This document shows, piece after piece, positions 1 through 10,488 of a stretch of 64,000 bases of DNA. The position numbers and the translations under genes were made by a program. The notes under the pieces are model-generated. The model searched no databases, was not told where the DNA came from, and saw only the letters and a program-made list of their open reading frames with translations. Location of the stretch: sequence record PZ452579.1. The stretch is one strand, 5' to 3'. The stretch comes from a phage. Every line of letters begins with the position of its first letter. The first letter of the stretch is position 1.

Positions 1-447
1 GATTTTAGTCATCACGATTTCATCGGCATAAGGCAGGGCTTGTTTTAATAGAGCAGGGCCACCAATAACAGATACATCAACATGTTCAGTAGAAAGTTTA
101 AACGGTACGTCAGTTGCAGGGCTAAACAGGTTAATTTCACCACCCATTACCAAGGTAATAAATTCAGATTGGGTGATATAGAAATGCGCAAATTCGTTGG
201 TTTTGGACCTAGGCAGTTTTCTGGCCATATCAGTGACAACCACATGAGTACGATCTGGGAGTAGACGAGGTAATGATGCAAAAGTCTTAGCACCCATAAC
301 CATTACAGTGTTTTTAGTGCGAGCAACAAAGTTACTCATATCTTGTTTGATATGCTTCCATGGAAGTCCATCACCTAATCCAAAAGCATATTCCAGTTTA
401 TCATCAACTGTTTTAGACGGTGCGCATGCGAATACTAATTTAAGCAT
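1..447 (-). CDS. frd: dihydrofolate reductase, partial (C-terminus lies beyond window start)
   Basis: Minus-strand translation from ATG at 447 gives MLKLVFACAPSKTVDDKLEYAFGLGDGLPWKHIKQDM...VIGGPALLKQALPYADEIV, matching the T4 Frd/DHFR pattern (GLGDGLPW, VIGGPALL); runs off the window edge. Confidence 0.8.
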   Translation of the reverse strand, partial: MLKLVFACAPSKTVDDKLEYAFGLGDGLPWKHIKQDMSNFVARTKNTVMVMGAKTFASLPRLLPDRTHVVVTDMARKLPRSKTNEFAHFYITQSEFITLVMGGEINLFSPATDVPFKLSTEHVDVSVIGGPALLKQALPYADEIVMTKI

Positions 448-688
448 TTTTAAGTCCTTTAATAACTTTTTGGATTTGTGATTTAGACGAAACTAGTTCT
501 GTCTGAATTTCCCAACCATCGGTTTGGTCAAATGTTGTAACACAAACACGAGGTTTTGTTGTGTATCGTCCAGACAAATCAAATGCATCACCAATGAATT
601 CGGCCAAATCCGGATGGTCTAAATTAACTGAAGTATAAACTTCATATCCGACATCAGCGCCTTGAGAGTATTCAACAACAACATTCAT
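440..688 (-). CDS. hypothetical protein (frd-32 intergenic small gene)
   Basis: 82-aa ORF; its TAA stop overlaps the frd ATG region; preceded by SD-like GAGGA. Confidence 0.5.
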   Translation of the reverse strand: MNVVVEYSQGADVGYEVYTSVNLDHPDLAEFIGDAFDLSGRYTTKPRVCVTTFDQTDGWEIQTELVSSKSQIQKVIKGLKNA

Positions 689-690
689 AA

Positions 691-954
691 TTATTTCCTC
701 AGATTTTTCTTAACAACTTTCCAATCAGCTTTAAACGATTCAACATCAGAGTGGTGAATCCAGAATCCTGCACTTTCACCATCTTCGTAGAGTGGACATC
801 CATCACATTCTTCGTTCCAACCCATTTCACGTAAAGCTTCTTCAGCTTGTTCAAGGAGTTCAGCGTCTTTACCAACGATGTTGAAGTACCATTTACCTCT
901 AACTTCAGAATCTTTGATGCTCTGGCGTTGCAATCTCATTTTATTCTCCTTCAC
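691..954 (-). CDS. hypothetical protein
   Basis: 87-aa ORF tightly packed with neighbours on the same strand. Confidence 0.5.
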   Translation of the reverse strand: MKENKMRLQRQSIKDSEVRGKWYFNIVGKDAELLEQAEEALREMGWNEECDGCPLYEDGESAGFWIHHSDVESFKADWKVVKKNLRK

Positions 955-1000
955 TTTTATTTGATAGGGCTATGTTATAGTAGCCCTATCTTGTTATAAA

Positions 1001-1393
1001 CTACTTTTTAAAAGTTTTTTGCAAAAGTTTGATGATTTCGTCGACGTTGGTTTCATCTACGATACAATGGATTTTTGTTACACCTAAAGTTATACCTTCG
1101 TTAGTAGGTTGAGGCTTTACTAAATCTACCTCAGTAAAGTATTTGAACTCATCATAATAAATCTCAAAATAAGTTTCAATTTCACCACCAGCAGAACATA
1201 CAGTACCATCTTCCATAGTTACACTTACTACGTTTGACGTATCGCTATCATAATCAGGTTCCATTCCGTTTACAACAAAACTAGGCCCGTGGAGTTCAAT
1301 CAATTTTAACATCTTAGCGTTATTGTGTGGTGCTTCTTGAACAAAGTCGTCTTTAAATAAAGGGTTAATGATATAAGATTTTCCGATTTCCAT
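1001..1393 (-). CDS. hypothetical protein
   Basis: 130-aa ORF; upstream early-promoter-like GTTTAC/-10 and SD GAGGA. Confidence 0.55.
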   Translation of the reverse strand: MEIGKSYIINPLFKDDFVQEAPHNNAKMLKLIELHGPSFVVNGMEPDYDSDTSNVVSVTMEDGTVCSAGGEIETYFEIYYDEFKYFTEVDLVKPQPTNEGITLGVTKIHCIVDETNVDEIIKLLQKTFKK

Positions 1394-1475
1394 TTTGATT
1401 TCCTCATGTTGTTGATAGGTCTATACTAACACATCCAGGGAAGAAGTAAACAACTTTTTCGGCAATTTACAGATA

Positions 1476-1500
1476 CTCAAAAGGGAGACCGAAGTCTCCC
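1476..1500 (-). terminator. rho-independent terminator downstream of gene 32
   Basis: GGGAGAC-cgaa-GTCTCCC hairpin; on the minus strand followed by TTTTG. Confidence 0.6.
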
Positions 1501-1506
1501 GATTTA

Positions 1507-2409
1507 TTATAGACCAGCTAACAGGTCATCGAGGTCGCCATCATCAGAGGATGAGGTAGAGCTCATGAAGTCATCTTCAGTTTTTGCAGAACTAAAGGCT
1601 TCCATGTCTTTATCAAAATCGTCAAGGTCAGAAGCAACTTTATCTGCAACAGAAGCTGCTGCGGCTGCTGCACCACCAAGAGCGGCAGTACCAAGAACCT
1701 TAGCGAAAGATTCATTTAATTTTTCAAAGGATTTGAACTGGTCTTTAGCCGTCAAAGTAGTAAGGTCTACCATCTGGTCATATAGTTCTTTCTGGAATGC
1801 TTCGTCATTAATACGAGGAATTTCAGATTGACCCAAGAATTTAGATTCGTCATAGTTACTAAAACCGGAAACCTGCTTAGCTTTCAGAACGAAGTTAGCA
1901 CCTTCAAACGGACAAGTAACATCAACTGGAGTTTCACCCATTTCGGTATCAACAGCAATCATTGCATTGATTTTGTCCCAAATCTTTTTGCCGAAACGAT
2001 ATTTAAATACTTTACCTTCGTTATCTGGAGCTTGAGGGTCTTTAACAACCAGAATATTAGCCCAATAAGAAGTTTTACGTTTCAGTTGAGAATATTCAGT
2101 TTTGTTGGTATTGTACAGGTCATTTTTACTAATGTACTGACATACAGGACAAGAGTCATAATCACCATGTGTAGAAGAGCAATTTTCAATATACCATTTA
2201 CCATTTTTCTTGAAACCGTGGTTAACAAGAATTGCAAATGGTAGTGCATCATCAGTTTTTGCTGGCAAGAAACGAATTACCGCTTGACCATTACCGGATG
2301 CATCTAGCTTCAGCTTCCATTCGCCTTTATCTTCTGAAGAGAAACCTTTGTTACCATTCAGTTTAGCCATTTGAGCAGCGAGGTCAGCAGTAGATTTACG
2401 TTTAAACAT
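1507..2409 (-). CDS. 32: single-stranded DNA-binding protein gp32
   Basis: 300 aa; [36 protein letters not shown]... with acidic C-terminal tail, near-identical in pattern to T4 gp32. Confidence 0.95.
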   Translation of the reverse strand: MFKRKSTADLAAQMAKLNGNKGFSSEDKGEWKLKLDASGNGQAVIRFLPAKTDDALPFAILVNHGFKKNGKWYIENCSSTHGDYDSCPVCQYISKNDLYNTNKTEYSQLKRKTSYWANILVVKDPQAPDNEGKVFKYRFGKKIWDKINAMIAVDTEMGETPVDVTCPFEGANFVLKAKQVSGFSNYDESKFLGQSEIPRINDEAFQKELYDQMVDLTTLTAKDQFKSFEKLNESFAKVLGTAALGGAAAAAASVADKVASDLDDFDKDMEAFSSAKTEDDFMSSTSSSDDGDLDDLLAGL

Positions 2410-2488
2410 TATATTTACCTTTATTTAGATTATTTAATTTATTTACAGTTGGTTGCTACGACACTTATACCTCGTAGCTGGTATGATT

Positions 2489-2496
2489 TATTTATA
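2489..2496 (-). promoter_or_regulatory. late-promoter-like TATAAATA (minus strand) upstream of gene 32
   Basis: plus-strand tatttata = TATAAATA on minus strand, about 80 nt upstream of the gene 32 start. Confidence 0.35.
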
Positions 2497-2524
2497 AAGT
2501 AATTTTAACACACAAGAATAAAGC

Positions 2525-3178
2525 TTAATACTTACATGATTTGATTGTTTCTATGAACAATTTCTTAGCAGCATTTCCATCGATTTGAAGTATTTTTCGA
2601 TATGCCTTTAATTTGGTAGAATAATTTTGCCAGACTAAGTTATCGGTGAGTTCGTCGTGCTTATCTATAATATTCAAAAACGAGTCCAACAATAAGAAAG
2701 TTTCAAATGAAATTATATTGCTTTGTAGCAATTTAAATATGTAGCTCGACTGAACGTTGTTATTATAATCAAATATATCTTGAAGCGCACTAACTTCAAC
2801 TTTCTTACTGAAATAGTAGATGTTACGTACATCTTCAGCAAACGTCTCCTTGGCTTGTTTGAGACGTCCAATATATTCCCTATAGAAAACTAATGCATCA
2901 GCGTCCGATATCTCACCAATCCATGCGTCTTGGTTAGCAACTAAGTTGCTTATGAATATCAAGGTGAGTTCCTTCAATTTATATTTCTCTGCTAGTTTTT
3001 CAAAGAAATATTTATCTCGGCGTTTTTGATACGCATTATCCGAAACACGCATGCACCAGTTATATTTGATTACGTCATACCGACCATTAAAATGTTGTTT
3101 GCACATCAAGTATAGTTTGTATACCGATTTTCCGTTAATATAACGTTCTCCATCAGGAGGCATGCGTATTTTAATCAT
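2525..3178 (-). CDS. 59: helicase loader gp59
   Basis: 217 aa; MIKIRMPPDGERYINGKSVYKLYLM...NWCMRVSD matches T4 gp59. Confidence 0.9.
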   Translation of the reverse strand: MIKIRMPPDGERYINGKSVYKLYLMCKQHFNGRYDVIKYNWCMRVSDNAYQKRRDKYFFEKLAEKYKLKELTLIFISNLVANQDAWIGEISDADALVFYREYIGRLKQAKETFAEDVRNIYYFSKKVEVSALQDIFDYNNNVQSSYIFKLLQSNIISFETFLLLDSFLNIIDKHDELTDNLVWQNYSTKLKAYRKILQIDGNAAKKLFIETIKSCKY

Positions 3179-3513
3179 AATAAGAAATCTAACGTATTAG
3201 TTTTTTCGCCACGAGCAACTGATGGGCGAAGCATGTTTTCGTCAATTGCTTCGCTTGTAATTTTTTCAACAATTCCTGTAGGAATAAATTTAGCAAATTG
3301 TGTTTCTGGAATAGAATTTTCTTCCAAGAAAGCAGTTGTTGCTTCTAAATAAGACATACCAAATTGTTCAACCATGGATTCGATAATGAATCCGTTTTCT
3401 TGACGGTCAAGCAATTTAGCGATATCATCTTTATCGTGTTTTACTGCTAATTCTTGTTCAGATAAACCGGTCTCATCAACCGGTTTAATATCACTTAGTG
3501 AAAACTGTGTCAT
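3175..3513 (-). CDS. 33: late transcription co-activator gp33
   Basis: 112 aa; MTQFSLSDIKPVDETGLSEQEL...TNTLDFLL matches T4 gp33; 4-nt overlap with gene 59. Confidence 0.9.
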   Translation of the reverse strand: MTQFSLSDIKPVDETGLSEQELAVKHDKDDIAKLLDRQENGFIIESMVEQFGMSYLEATTAFLEENSIPETQFAKFIPTGIVEKITSEAIDENMLRPSVARGEKTNTLDFLL

Positions 3514-3760
3514 AAAGCTCGACTACCTCTTCGTTTTCAGCTTCAAATTGGTCACGAGCATCTTTATGATAAAGAGCTAACAAACGATTAAACATTTTTC
3601 CATCAACGCCAAGCTCTTCTTTAGCACGAGTACGAATGTCTTTAATCAGTTCATTATAACCAGAAATTTTAAGTTTGTTATCGGAAGCTTCCTTGACTAG
3701 TTTAGCCAGTTCTTCACCATGCACATCTTGATTAAATTCAACTGCTTCTTTCTTAGCCAT
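3491..3760 (-). CDS. dsbA: dsDNA-binding protein DsbA
   Basis: Start set at internal ATG (MAKKEAVEF...) giving 89 aa as in T4 DsbA; SD GAGGT upstream; the track ORF begins further upstream. Confidence 0.85.
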   Translation of the reverse strand: MAKKEAVEFNQDVHGEELAKLVKEASDNKLKISGYNELIKDIRTRAKEELGVDGKMFNRLLALYHKDARDQFEAENEEVVELYDTVFTK

Positions 3761-3767
3761 GTTTACC

Positions 3768-4685
3768 TCAGAATTCATTAATTACACTTGTTAATTTAGA
3801 AAGACCAGATTTTACAAAGTATGAATAAATCTTGCCTTTAGGTTGTGGTTGATATGAGTTATAATACTCTATAATGGTTGAAGCAATATTATCAGGGATA
3901 TAATCAAAATCAATGAGAACCAAATTTTCTTGGTACCGTTTATATTCTTCTGCACTTAATAATACTTCAGCTTGAGAACGATCATTGGCAATTGCTTCAA
4001 TGATCGTTGTTTTCATGCTTGGAGTTCGTTCGCCTTCAACTCGAGTAAACCAGAAATCACCACGAACTCGAACAGACGCAACACCATCTTTACGGTCGCC
4101 TTTAAGAATTTTAGTCATGCAATCAATTTCGGCAGAACCATTCTTAATTTTAACCCATTTTTTCTGCGGTGGCGACCACTGTTTAACGTTAGGATATTTG
4201 TGTAATTGTGTAAAGTCACCATCTGATGCAACAATACATACCTTATGACCAGCTAATGACAAATATTTAGTTAATACACCGATATGGTCGTCCGCTTCAT
4301 ACTTGTCAATATCCATTACAACGTATGGCATGTATTTCTTAATCTCATCAACAACTTGATGGAGTGCAGTAAAATATCCTTCCCAATCCCACTTTGAAGC
4401 TTCACGATCAGTTTTACGATTTTTCTTGTAGTAGTAAGCAAAGTCGCGTCGCCAATACCCAGAAGTAGCGTTATCCATGCACAATACAAATTTTGTATAA
4501 CCTTGCTTACGGAACATCACTACGTTTTTACGAATTGAATTCAAGACTACATGACGAACCATCGGAACGGTAATTTTATCACCATCTTCAAAGTTGTTTA
4601 ATGCAGCTGCCAATGCAATGTTACTAAAGTCTGCAAGCGCAATACCTTCTTTGTAATCTTCATCCAACATCATTTCTAAATCCAT
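3768..4685 (-). CDS. rnh: RNase H (5'-3' exonuclease, FEN-1 family)
   Basis: 305 aa; MDLEMMLDEDYKEG...YEADDHIGVL...SDGDFTQL matches T4 RNase H. Confidence 0.95.
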   Translation of the reverse strand: MDLEMMLDEDYKEGIALADFSNIALAAALNNFEDGDKITVPMVRHVVLNSIRKNVVMFRKQGYTKFVLCMDNATSGYWRRDFAYYYKKNRKTDREASKWDWEGYFTALHQVVDEIKKYMPYVVMDIDKYEADDHIGVLTKYLSLAGHKVCIVASDGDFTQLHKYPNVKQWSPPQKKWVKIKNGSAEIDCMTKILKGDRKDGVASVRVRGDFWFTRVEGERTPSMKTTIIEAIANDRSQAEVLLSAEEYKRYQENLVLIDFDYIPDNIASTIIEYYNSYQPQPKGKIYSYFVKSGLSKLTSVINEF

Positions 4686-4763
4686 ATGAACCTCTTGTTC
4701 AGTTAGTCAACTTGGACTATAGTAACATACTAGTTCGAAAGCGTAAATAGTCTTTTACTCATT

Positions 4764-4771
4764 TATAAATA
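4764..4771 (+). promoter_or_regulatory. late promoter TATAAATA for gene 34
   Basis: exact TATAAATA about 35 nt upstream of the gene 34 ATG. Confidence 0.6.
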
Positions 4772-4805
4772 GTAAAATAGAACACATAATGATAAGAGGA
4801 CTACC

Positions 4806-7800
4806 ATGGTTGACATCAAACGTAAGTTCAGGGCCGAAGATGGTCTTGACGCAGGCGGTGATAAGATAGTTAACGTTGCGCTTGCTGACCGCACAGTTGG
4901 CACCGATGGCGTGAACGTTGACTTTTTGGTGCAAGAAAACACCGTACAGAATTATGACGAGACGCGCGCGTATACAAAAGATTTTATTGTTCTTTATGAT
5001 AATCGTTTTTATCAAGCTTTAAGCGATATTCCAGCTCCGGCGGGCCCTTTCTCTTTGGCTAAATGGAAGGCAACTCGTACAGATGCAGAATGGATTACAG
5101 TTCAAGGCGGAGATTTCCAATTATCAGTAGGTAACTCTATTGCGGTTGATACTTCAGCTGGCACTGATATTAATTTCACTTTGCCTCAAAATCCTTTAGA
5201 TGGCGATACAGTTATTTTGTCTGATATTGGCGGTAGAGTAGGCTATGTAAAAGTTCAAATTACTGCAGCGGCTCAAAGTATTGTAAACTTTAGAGGACAA
5301 CAGGTTCGTTCAGTTTTAATGACGCACCCAAAATCTAAAATGGTCTTCATTTTTAGCAACCGCCTATGGCAAATGTATGTTTCTGATTACGAACGTAATG
5401 CAGTCACAGTAACTCCTGCTACGCCATATCAAGCGCAACCTAATGATTTTATCATTCGACGTTTTACATCAGCCGCTCCTATTAATATTACATTGCCTCG
5501 TAATGCTAATAATGGCGATATTATTAATTTAGTGGATTTAGACAAATTAAACCCATTATATCACACAATTGTCAAAACTTACGATGATACAACTTCTATA
5601 CGAGAAGCTGGTGTTCATGTAGCAGAAGGACGTAATACTGCGGAAGCATTCTTTGTTTATGATTCTGCCAATAGTTTATGGCGTGTTTGGGAAGGTGACC
5701 AGAAATCTCGTTTACGTATAGTTCGTAATGATACTGATTTACGCCCTAATGAAGAAGTTCTTGTTTTTGGAACTAATAATGATACAATCTCGACGGTAAA
5801 TCTTACTTTGCCTACAGATATTTTGTCTGGCGATACTGTTAAAATATCGTTGAATTATATGCGTAAAGGGCAAACTGTAAAAATTAAAGCTGCTGAAGGC
5901 GATACAATTGCTAGCAGTATTTCTTTATTACAGTTCCCAAAACGTTCGGAGTATCCACCTGATGCACAATGGGTTTCTGTTAGTGAGCTGGAATTTAATG
6001 GTGATACTTCGTATGTACCTGTACTTGAGTTAGCTTATATAGAAGATTATTCATCTGAAACAAAATATTGGGTAGTTCAACAAAACACCGTAACCGTCGA
6101 ACGAGTCGATGCATCGAGCAATAACACTCGAGCTCGTTTAGGTGTTATTGCTCTTGCTTCTCAAGCGCAAGCAAATGTCGATTTAGAAAATGCTCCTGGT
6201 AAAGAACTGGCTATTACTCCGGAAACATTAGCAAATCGTACAGCAACTGAAACTCGTCGTGGTATTGCTCGTATTGCAACAACTGCACAAGTTAACCAGA
6301 ATACCGATTTTGCATTCCAAGACGACTTGATTATTTCTCCTAAGAAATTGAACGAACGTACAGCAACTGAAACCCGTAGAGGTGTTGCTGAAGTTGCAAC
6401 TCAGGCTGAAACTAATGCTGGCACAGATGATACCACTATTATTACTCCTAAGAAATTGGATGCCCGTCAAGGTTCTGAAGTTTTATCTGGTATTGTAAAA
6501 TACACATCTACGACTGGTACTACAGCTGCTACTATTCGTGGTAATGCTGGGACTAACGTTTATAACAAAGCCGTAGATAATTTAACTATTTCTCCAAAGG
6601 CTCTTGACCAGTATAAAGCTACCCCTACTCAGCAGGGTGCAGTAATTCTTGCTATTGAAAGTGAAGTTATCGCTGGCGAATCACAAGCTGGTTGGGCTAA
6701 TGCTGTAGTGACCCCTGAAACTCTGCATAAGAAAACTTCTACTGATGGACGTATTGGTTTAATTGAAATTGCTACGCAAGCAGAAACTAACACTGGAACT
6801 GATTATACTAGAGCAGTAACGCCTAAGACGTTAAATGATAGGAAAGCTACGGAAGGATTATCTGGCATAGCCGAAATTGCTACGCAAGTTGAATTTGATA
6901 CTGGAACTGACGATACTCGTATCTCGTCTCCACTGAAAATTAAAACTCATTTTGATTCTTCTGGCCGTACTAGTGTTAATTCTGATTCCGGACTTATTGA
7001 AGAAGGAACCTTGTGGAACCATTATACTCTTGATATTTCTAAAGCAAATGAAACACAACGCGGTACACTTCGCGTAGCGACCCAGGCAGAATCTAATGCA
7101 GGAACTTTAGATGATGTTCTTATTACTCCTAAAAAGCTTTTAGGGACTAAGTCCACTGAAACGTCTGAAGGCGTAATTAAGGTTGCTACTCAGGCTGAAA
7201 CTGTAACAGGAACTTCTGCTAATACTGCTGTATCACCTAAGAATTTAAAATGGATTGTTCAATCAGAACCATCATGGACTGCTACTACGGCAATTCGTGG
7301 ATTCGTTAAAACTTCATCTGGTTCTATTACATTTGTCGGTGACGATACTCAAGGTAATACCCAGGATTTGAATCTTTATGAGAAAAATAGTTATGCTATT
7401 TCTCCATATGAATTAAACCGTGTACTTGCTAACTACTTACCGTTGAAAGCTAAAGCAGCTGATAGTAATTTGTTAGATGGTCTAGATTCTCTTCAGTTCA
7501 TCCGTAGAGACATCGACCAAACGGTTAATGGTTCTTTAAGTCTTACTAAACAGACCAACCTGAGTGCTCCTTTAGTATCTACAAGCACCGCTTCTTTTGG
7601 TTCCGAAGCATCTGTTACTCGTAGATTAACTCTTAATGACTCTAGCGGTTCCGAAATAGTTTTCACTAAAGGAACCCAATCTCTTAGTAATAAAGAGAAT
7701 TTCGTTGTTAGAGCATGGGGTAATAGCGCTACAGATGGTGACCGTGATACAGTATTTGAAGCGGGTGACGAAACCGGATACCATTTCTATTCTCAGCGCG

Positions 7801-8639
7801 CTGCTGATAATAAAGTATCATTTAATATTAATGGAACACTTTATTCAACAGGCATTGTTTCTACAAATGGATTAAATGTTACAGGTGTTTCTACCTTTAC
7901 CGGGCCTATTAGTGCTACAGGCGAAATTGTTTCTAGTTCTCCTATTGCATTCAGAGCTATTAACGGTAACTATGGTGTTATGCTTTATAACGCTGGTAAC
8001 AGTTCTTATATTGCATTAACTAACTCAGGTGACCAGACCGGGACGTTTAATAACTTACGCCCGATCACGATTAACAACGCCACAGGCTTAGTTCGTCTTG
8101 ACAATGGTGTTCAAATCACAAGTGGTGCAACAATAACTACCGGTGGGTTAACTGTAAATAACAGAATTATTTCTAACGGCGTTAAAACTGCCACTGTTTA
8201 TACCGATAAACCAACAGCTTCTACTGTAGGTTTTTGGTCTATTGACATTAACGATTCTGCTGTATATAGCCAATTCCCTGGATACTGGACGCGTGATAAC
8301 AAAGGTAACCGTGACCAAGAAATTAAATATCCTGGTACTTTGACTCAATTCGGCAATAGCTTAGATTCGCTTTATCAGGATTGGATTTGTTATCCTACAG
8401 GTGCAAATGGTGGTAGCATTCGATATACTCGTACCTGGCAGAAAAATAAAGATGCTTGGACTTCATTTGCAATGGTATTTGATAGTGGCAACCCACCTTC
8501 ACCTAGCGATGTCGGTGCTATCCCATCTGATAATGCTGTTATTGGAAACCTTACTATTCGAGACTTCTTACAATTAGGAAATGTGAGAATTGTTCCAGAC
8601 CCGGTTAACAAAACAGTTAAATTTATATGGGTTGAATAA
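4806..8639 (+). CDS. 34: long tail fibre proximal subunit gp34
   Basis: 1277 aa; MVDIKRKFRAEDGLDAGGDKIVNVALADRTVGTDGVNVDF... matches the T4 gp34 N-terminus; SD AAGAGGA. Confidence 0.95.
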   Translation: MVDIKRKFRAEDGLDAGGDKIVNVALADRTVGTDGVNVDFLVQENTVQNYDETRAYTKDFIVLYDNRFYQALSDIPAPAGPFSLAKWKATRTDAEWITVQGGDFQLSVGNSIAVDTSAGTDINFTLPQNPLDGDTVILSDIGGRVGYVKVQITAAAQSIVNFRGQQVRSVLMTHPKSKMVFIFSNRLWQMYVSDYERNAVTVTPATPYQAQPNDFIIRRFTSAAPINITLPRNANNGDIINLVDLDKLNPLYHTIVKTYDDTTSIREAGVHVAEGRNTAEAFFVYDSANSLWRVWEGDQKSRLRIVRNDTDLRPNEEVLVFGTNNDTISTVNLTLPTDILSGDTVKISLNYMRKGQTVKIKAAEGDTIASSISLLQFPKRSEYPPDAQWVSVSELEFNGDTSYVPVLELAYIEDYSSETKYWVVQQNTVTVERVDASSNNTRARLGVIALASQAQANVDLENAPGKELAITPETLANRTATETRRGIARIATTAQVNQNTDFAFQDDLIISPKKLNERTATETRRGVAEVATQAETNAGTDDTTIITPKKLDARQGSEVLSGIVKYTSTTGTTAATIRGNAGTNVYNKAVDNLTISPKALDQYKATPTQQGAVILAIESEVIAGESQAGWANAVVTPETLHKKTSTDGRIGLIEIATQAETNTGTDYTRAVTPKTLNDRKATEGLSGIAEIATQVEFDTGTDDTRISSPLKIKTHFDSSGRTSVNSDSGLIEEGTLWNHYTLDISKANETQRGTLRVATQAESNAGTLDDVLITPKKLLGTKSTETSEGVIKVATQAETVTGTSANTAVSPKNLKWIVQSEPSWTATTAIRGFVKTSSGSITFVGDDTQGNTQDLNLYEKNSYAISPYELNRVLANYLPLKAKAADSNLLDGLDSLQFIRRDIDQTVNGSLSLTKQTNLSAPLVSTSTASFGSEASVTRRLTLNDSSGSEIVFTKGTQSLSNKENFVVRAWGNSATDGDRDTVFEAGDETGYHFYSQRAADNKVSFNINGTLYSTGIVSTNGLNVTGVSTFTGPISATGEIVSSSPIAFRAINGNYGVMLYNAGNSSYIALTNSGDQTGTFNNLRPITINNATGLVRLDNGVQITSGATITTGGLTVNNRIISNGVKTATVYTDKPTASTVGFWSIDINDSAVYSQFPGYWTRDNKGNRDQEIKYPGTLTQFGNSLDSLYQDWICYPTGANGGSIRYTRTWQKNKDAWTSFAMVFDSGNPPSPSDVGAIPSDNAVIGNLTIRDFLQLGNVRIVPDPVNKTVKFIWVE
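6200..7260 (+). repeat. in-frame degenerate tandem repeat units within gp34 shaft
   Basis: At least six units of about 40 aa with core ...TP(E/K)(T/K)L..(R/K).(A/S)TE..RG...(I/V)AT(Q/T)AE(T/S)N.GTD...; reflected at DNA level by recurrent acagcaactgaaac..cgt. Confidence 0.6.
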
Positions 8640-8647
8640 GAGGTTAT

Positions 8648-9772
8648 ATGGAAAAATTTATGGCAAGGTTTGGACAGGGATACGTCCAAACGCCGTTTTT
8701 ATCGGAAAGCAATTCAGTTAGATTTAAGCTAAGTATAGCGGGTTCATGCCCGCTTTCAACAACTAATCCGTATATTTTGTTCCAAAACGAGCCTTTAGGG
8801 TTGCAGTCTTTTGGTATTGGACTAAATGTTAGGGTAATAAATCCGGAAAATGGAACTATAGTTGATAGTAAATTATACAATTTTGCGCCTACAAATAATG
8901 CAACTTCAGCTGCATTTATTTCGTTTGTTAATACATACGCAGATAATTTCATTTTCGCATTTATTTCTAATAACAAATTTAATTTGCCGCCAGAAATAAT
9001 TGAATGGTTTAAAGCTGCTGGGAGTTCAGTTATACCGTCAATTGAAGTTGCTAGTCTTGTTGATATTTCATATTCAGCGTTTTATGTTTCAGGTAAAAAT
9101 ACTATTGCATTAGAACACATAAAATACAGTAATAAGAAAACAATTTCTGATTACGCAACTCCATTAGATATTGTATATGACTCTATTGCTGATATAGGTG
9201 CTACCGGCTATCCTAGACGTACATATGAAGCTCTAGAAACGTTTTTATCTCCTGTTGGAGGAACTAACAATGAAATAAAAAGGATGCCTACATCATCCCT
9301 TGTTACTCCTATCGCAAACTATGGATTAAAACCTACAGATTTTCTTTATTTGAAATTTCAATTAATGGCTGATGAAGAATTATTAGAGGAAGGAACCACA
9401 AGACTTTCAATTCGTTTCTTTAAGACTCCATCTAGCTCTCCTATATCATCTAAAGATATAAACTTTGATGGAACTGCCGGGGAGTGGAAGTTATATGAAG
9501 AATACGTTGAAATACCAGCTGAAGCTGATGGCTTTACAGTATATTGTTACCGTACGGCCTCAGTCGGTCAAGGTGGACTAAGAAATGTTATTTTCACTGA
9601 AGTATCATGTAACGGAAGTATAGCAAAACCCGCCGAGTTTGGTATAAACGGTATTCGTGTTAATTACATTGATGAATCATTAACCGGTAATGATATAATG
9701 GACTTGCCTACTCAGTTATCTAACGACACAGGTAAGGTATTTGGGCAGGAATTTAAAGAGTACACAGAATAA
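8648..9772 (+). CDS. 35: long tail fibre hinge connector gp35
   Basis: 374 aa; position and size match T4 gp35. Confidence 0.85.
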   Translation: MEKFMARFGQGYVQTPFLSESNSVRFKLSIAGSCPLSTTNPYILFQNEPLGLQSFGIGLNVRVINPENGTIVDSKLYNFAPTNNATSAAFISFVNTYADNFIFAFISNNKFNLPPEIIEWFKAAGSSVIPSIEVASLVDISYSAFYVSGKNTIALEHIKYSNKKTISDYATPLDIVYDSIADIGATGYPRRTYEALETFLSPVGGTNNEIKRMPTSSLVTPIANYGLKPTDFLYLKFQLMADEELLEEGTTRLSIRFFKTPSSSPISSKDINFDGTAGEWKLYEEYVEIPAEADGFTVYCYRTASVGQGGLRNVIFTEVSCNGSIAKPAEFGINGIRVNYIDESLTGNDIMDLPTQLSNDTGKVFGQEFKEYTE

Positions 9773-9773
9773 A

Positions 9774-9794
9774 GGAGACTTCGGTCTCCTTTTC
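9774..9794 (+). terminator. hairpin with T-run after gene 35
   Basis: GGAGAC-ttcg-GTCTCC followed by TTTT. Confidence 0.55.
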
Positions 9795-9797
9795 GCG

Positions 9798-9805
9798 TAT
9801 AAATA
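9798..9805 (+). promoter_or_regulatory. late promoter TATAAATA for gene 36
   Basis: exact TATAAATA about 27 nt upstream of the gene 36 ATG. Confidence 0.6.
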
Positions 9806-9831
9806 CTTTAATATTAATAAGGAGACACGAA

Positions 9832-10488
9832 ATGGCCGATTTAAAAGCCGGAAGTACAGTTGGTGGTTCCGTCATATGGCATCAAGGCAATTTTCCTTTA
9901 ATGCCAGCTGGCGATGACATCCTATATAAAACATTTAAATTATATACCGAATATAACAAGCCAAAAGCGGCTGATAACGATTTCGTATCTAAAGCAAATG
10001 GTGGGACATATCTCAAAAAGGTAATCTTTAACGAAGGTGTTGCAGTCAAAACAGCAGATGACCAAACGAATGGTATTTTTTCTGGTGGTGGTGACGCCGC
10101 GACATTCGACCAAACAAACATGGATATTGTTTCGTGGTATGGTATTGGGTTTAAATCATCTCAAGGTACAGGTGAAAGAACTGTTGTAATTGATACTCGC
10201 ACCGGTAATATAAGTTCTAAAGGCATTATTGAAGCATCTCAATTCAGAGCCACAACGTTAGCACCTTTAAATAATTACGACCTTACTCGCAAAGATTATG
10301 TTGATAGTCAAATAAATACAGTTAATGCTAATGCAAACAGTCGTGTACTCCGTTCAGGAGATACGATGACCGGCGCGCTAACCGCCCCAAACTTTTTCTC
10401 ACAGAATCCTGCATCTCAACCCTCGCATGTTCCACGATTTGACCAAATTGTTATTAAGGATTCTGTTCAAGATTTCGGCTATTATTAA
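9832..10488 (+). CDS. 36: long tail fibre proximal connector gp36
   Basis: 218 aa; MADLKAGSTVGGSVIWHQGNFPL... typical gp36 N-terminus. Confidence 0.9.
   Translation: MADLKAGSTVGGSVIWHQGNFPLMPAGDDILYKTFKLYTEYNKPKAADNDFVSKANGGTYLKKVIFNEGVAVKTADDQTNGIFSGGGDAATFDQTNMDIVSWYGIGFKSSQGTGERTVVIDTRTGNISSKGIIEASQFRATTLAPLNNYDLTRKDYVDSQINTVNANANSRVLRSGDTMTGALTAPNFFSQNPASQPSHVPRFDQIVIKDSVQDFGYY

Noticed and set aside
1565-2244. Plus-strand ORFs 1565..1831 and 1828..2244
   Set aside because: Antisense to the well-supported gene 32 coding sequence
4755-5015. 86-aa minus-strand ORF overlapping the gene 34 start
   Set aside because: Overlaps the gp34 late promoter and N-terminal coding region in antisense; likely spurious
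6235-7230. Possible CRISPR-like repeat array
   Set aside because: The repeats are in-frame coding repeats of gp34 with variable spacing and no separate repeat/spacer organisation; no cas genes present
6228-8976. Minus-strand ORFs 6228..6470, 6858..7058, 8148..8348, 8390..8689, 8644..8976
   Set aside because: Antisense to the late tail-fibre genes 34/35; low-complexity translations, no SD
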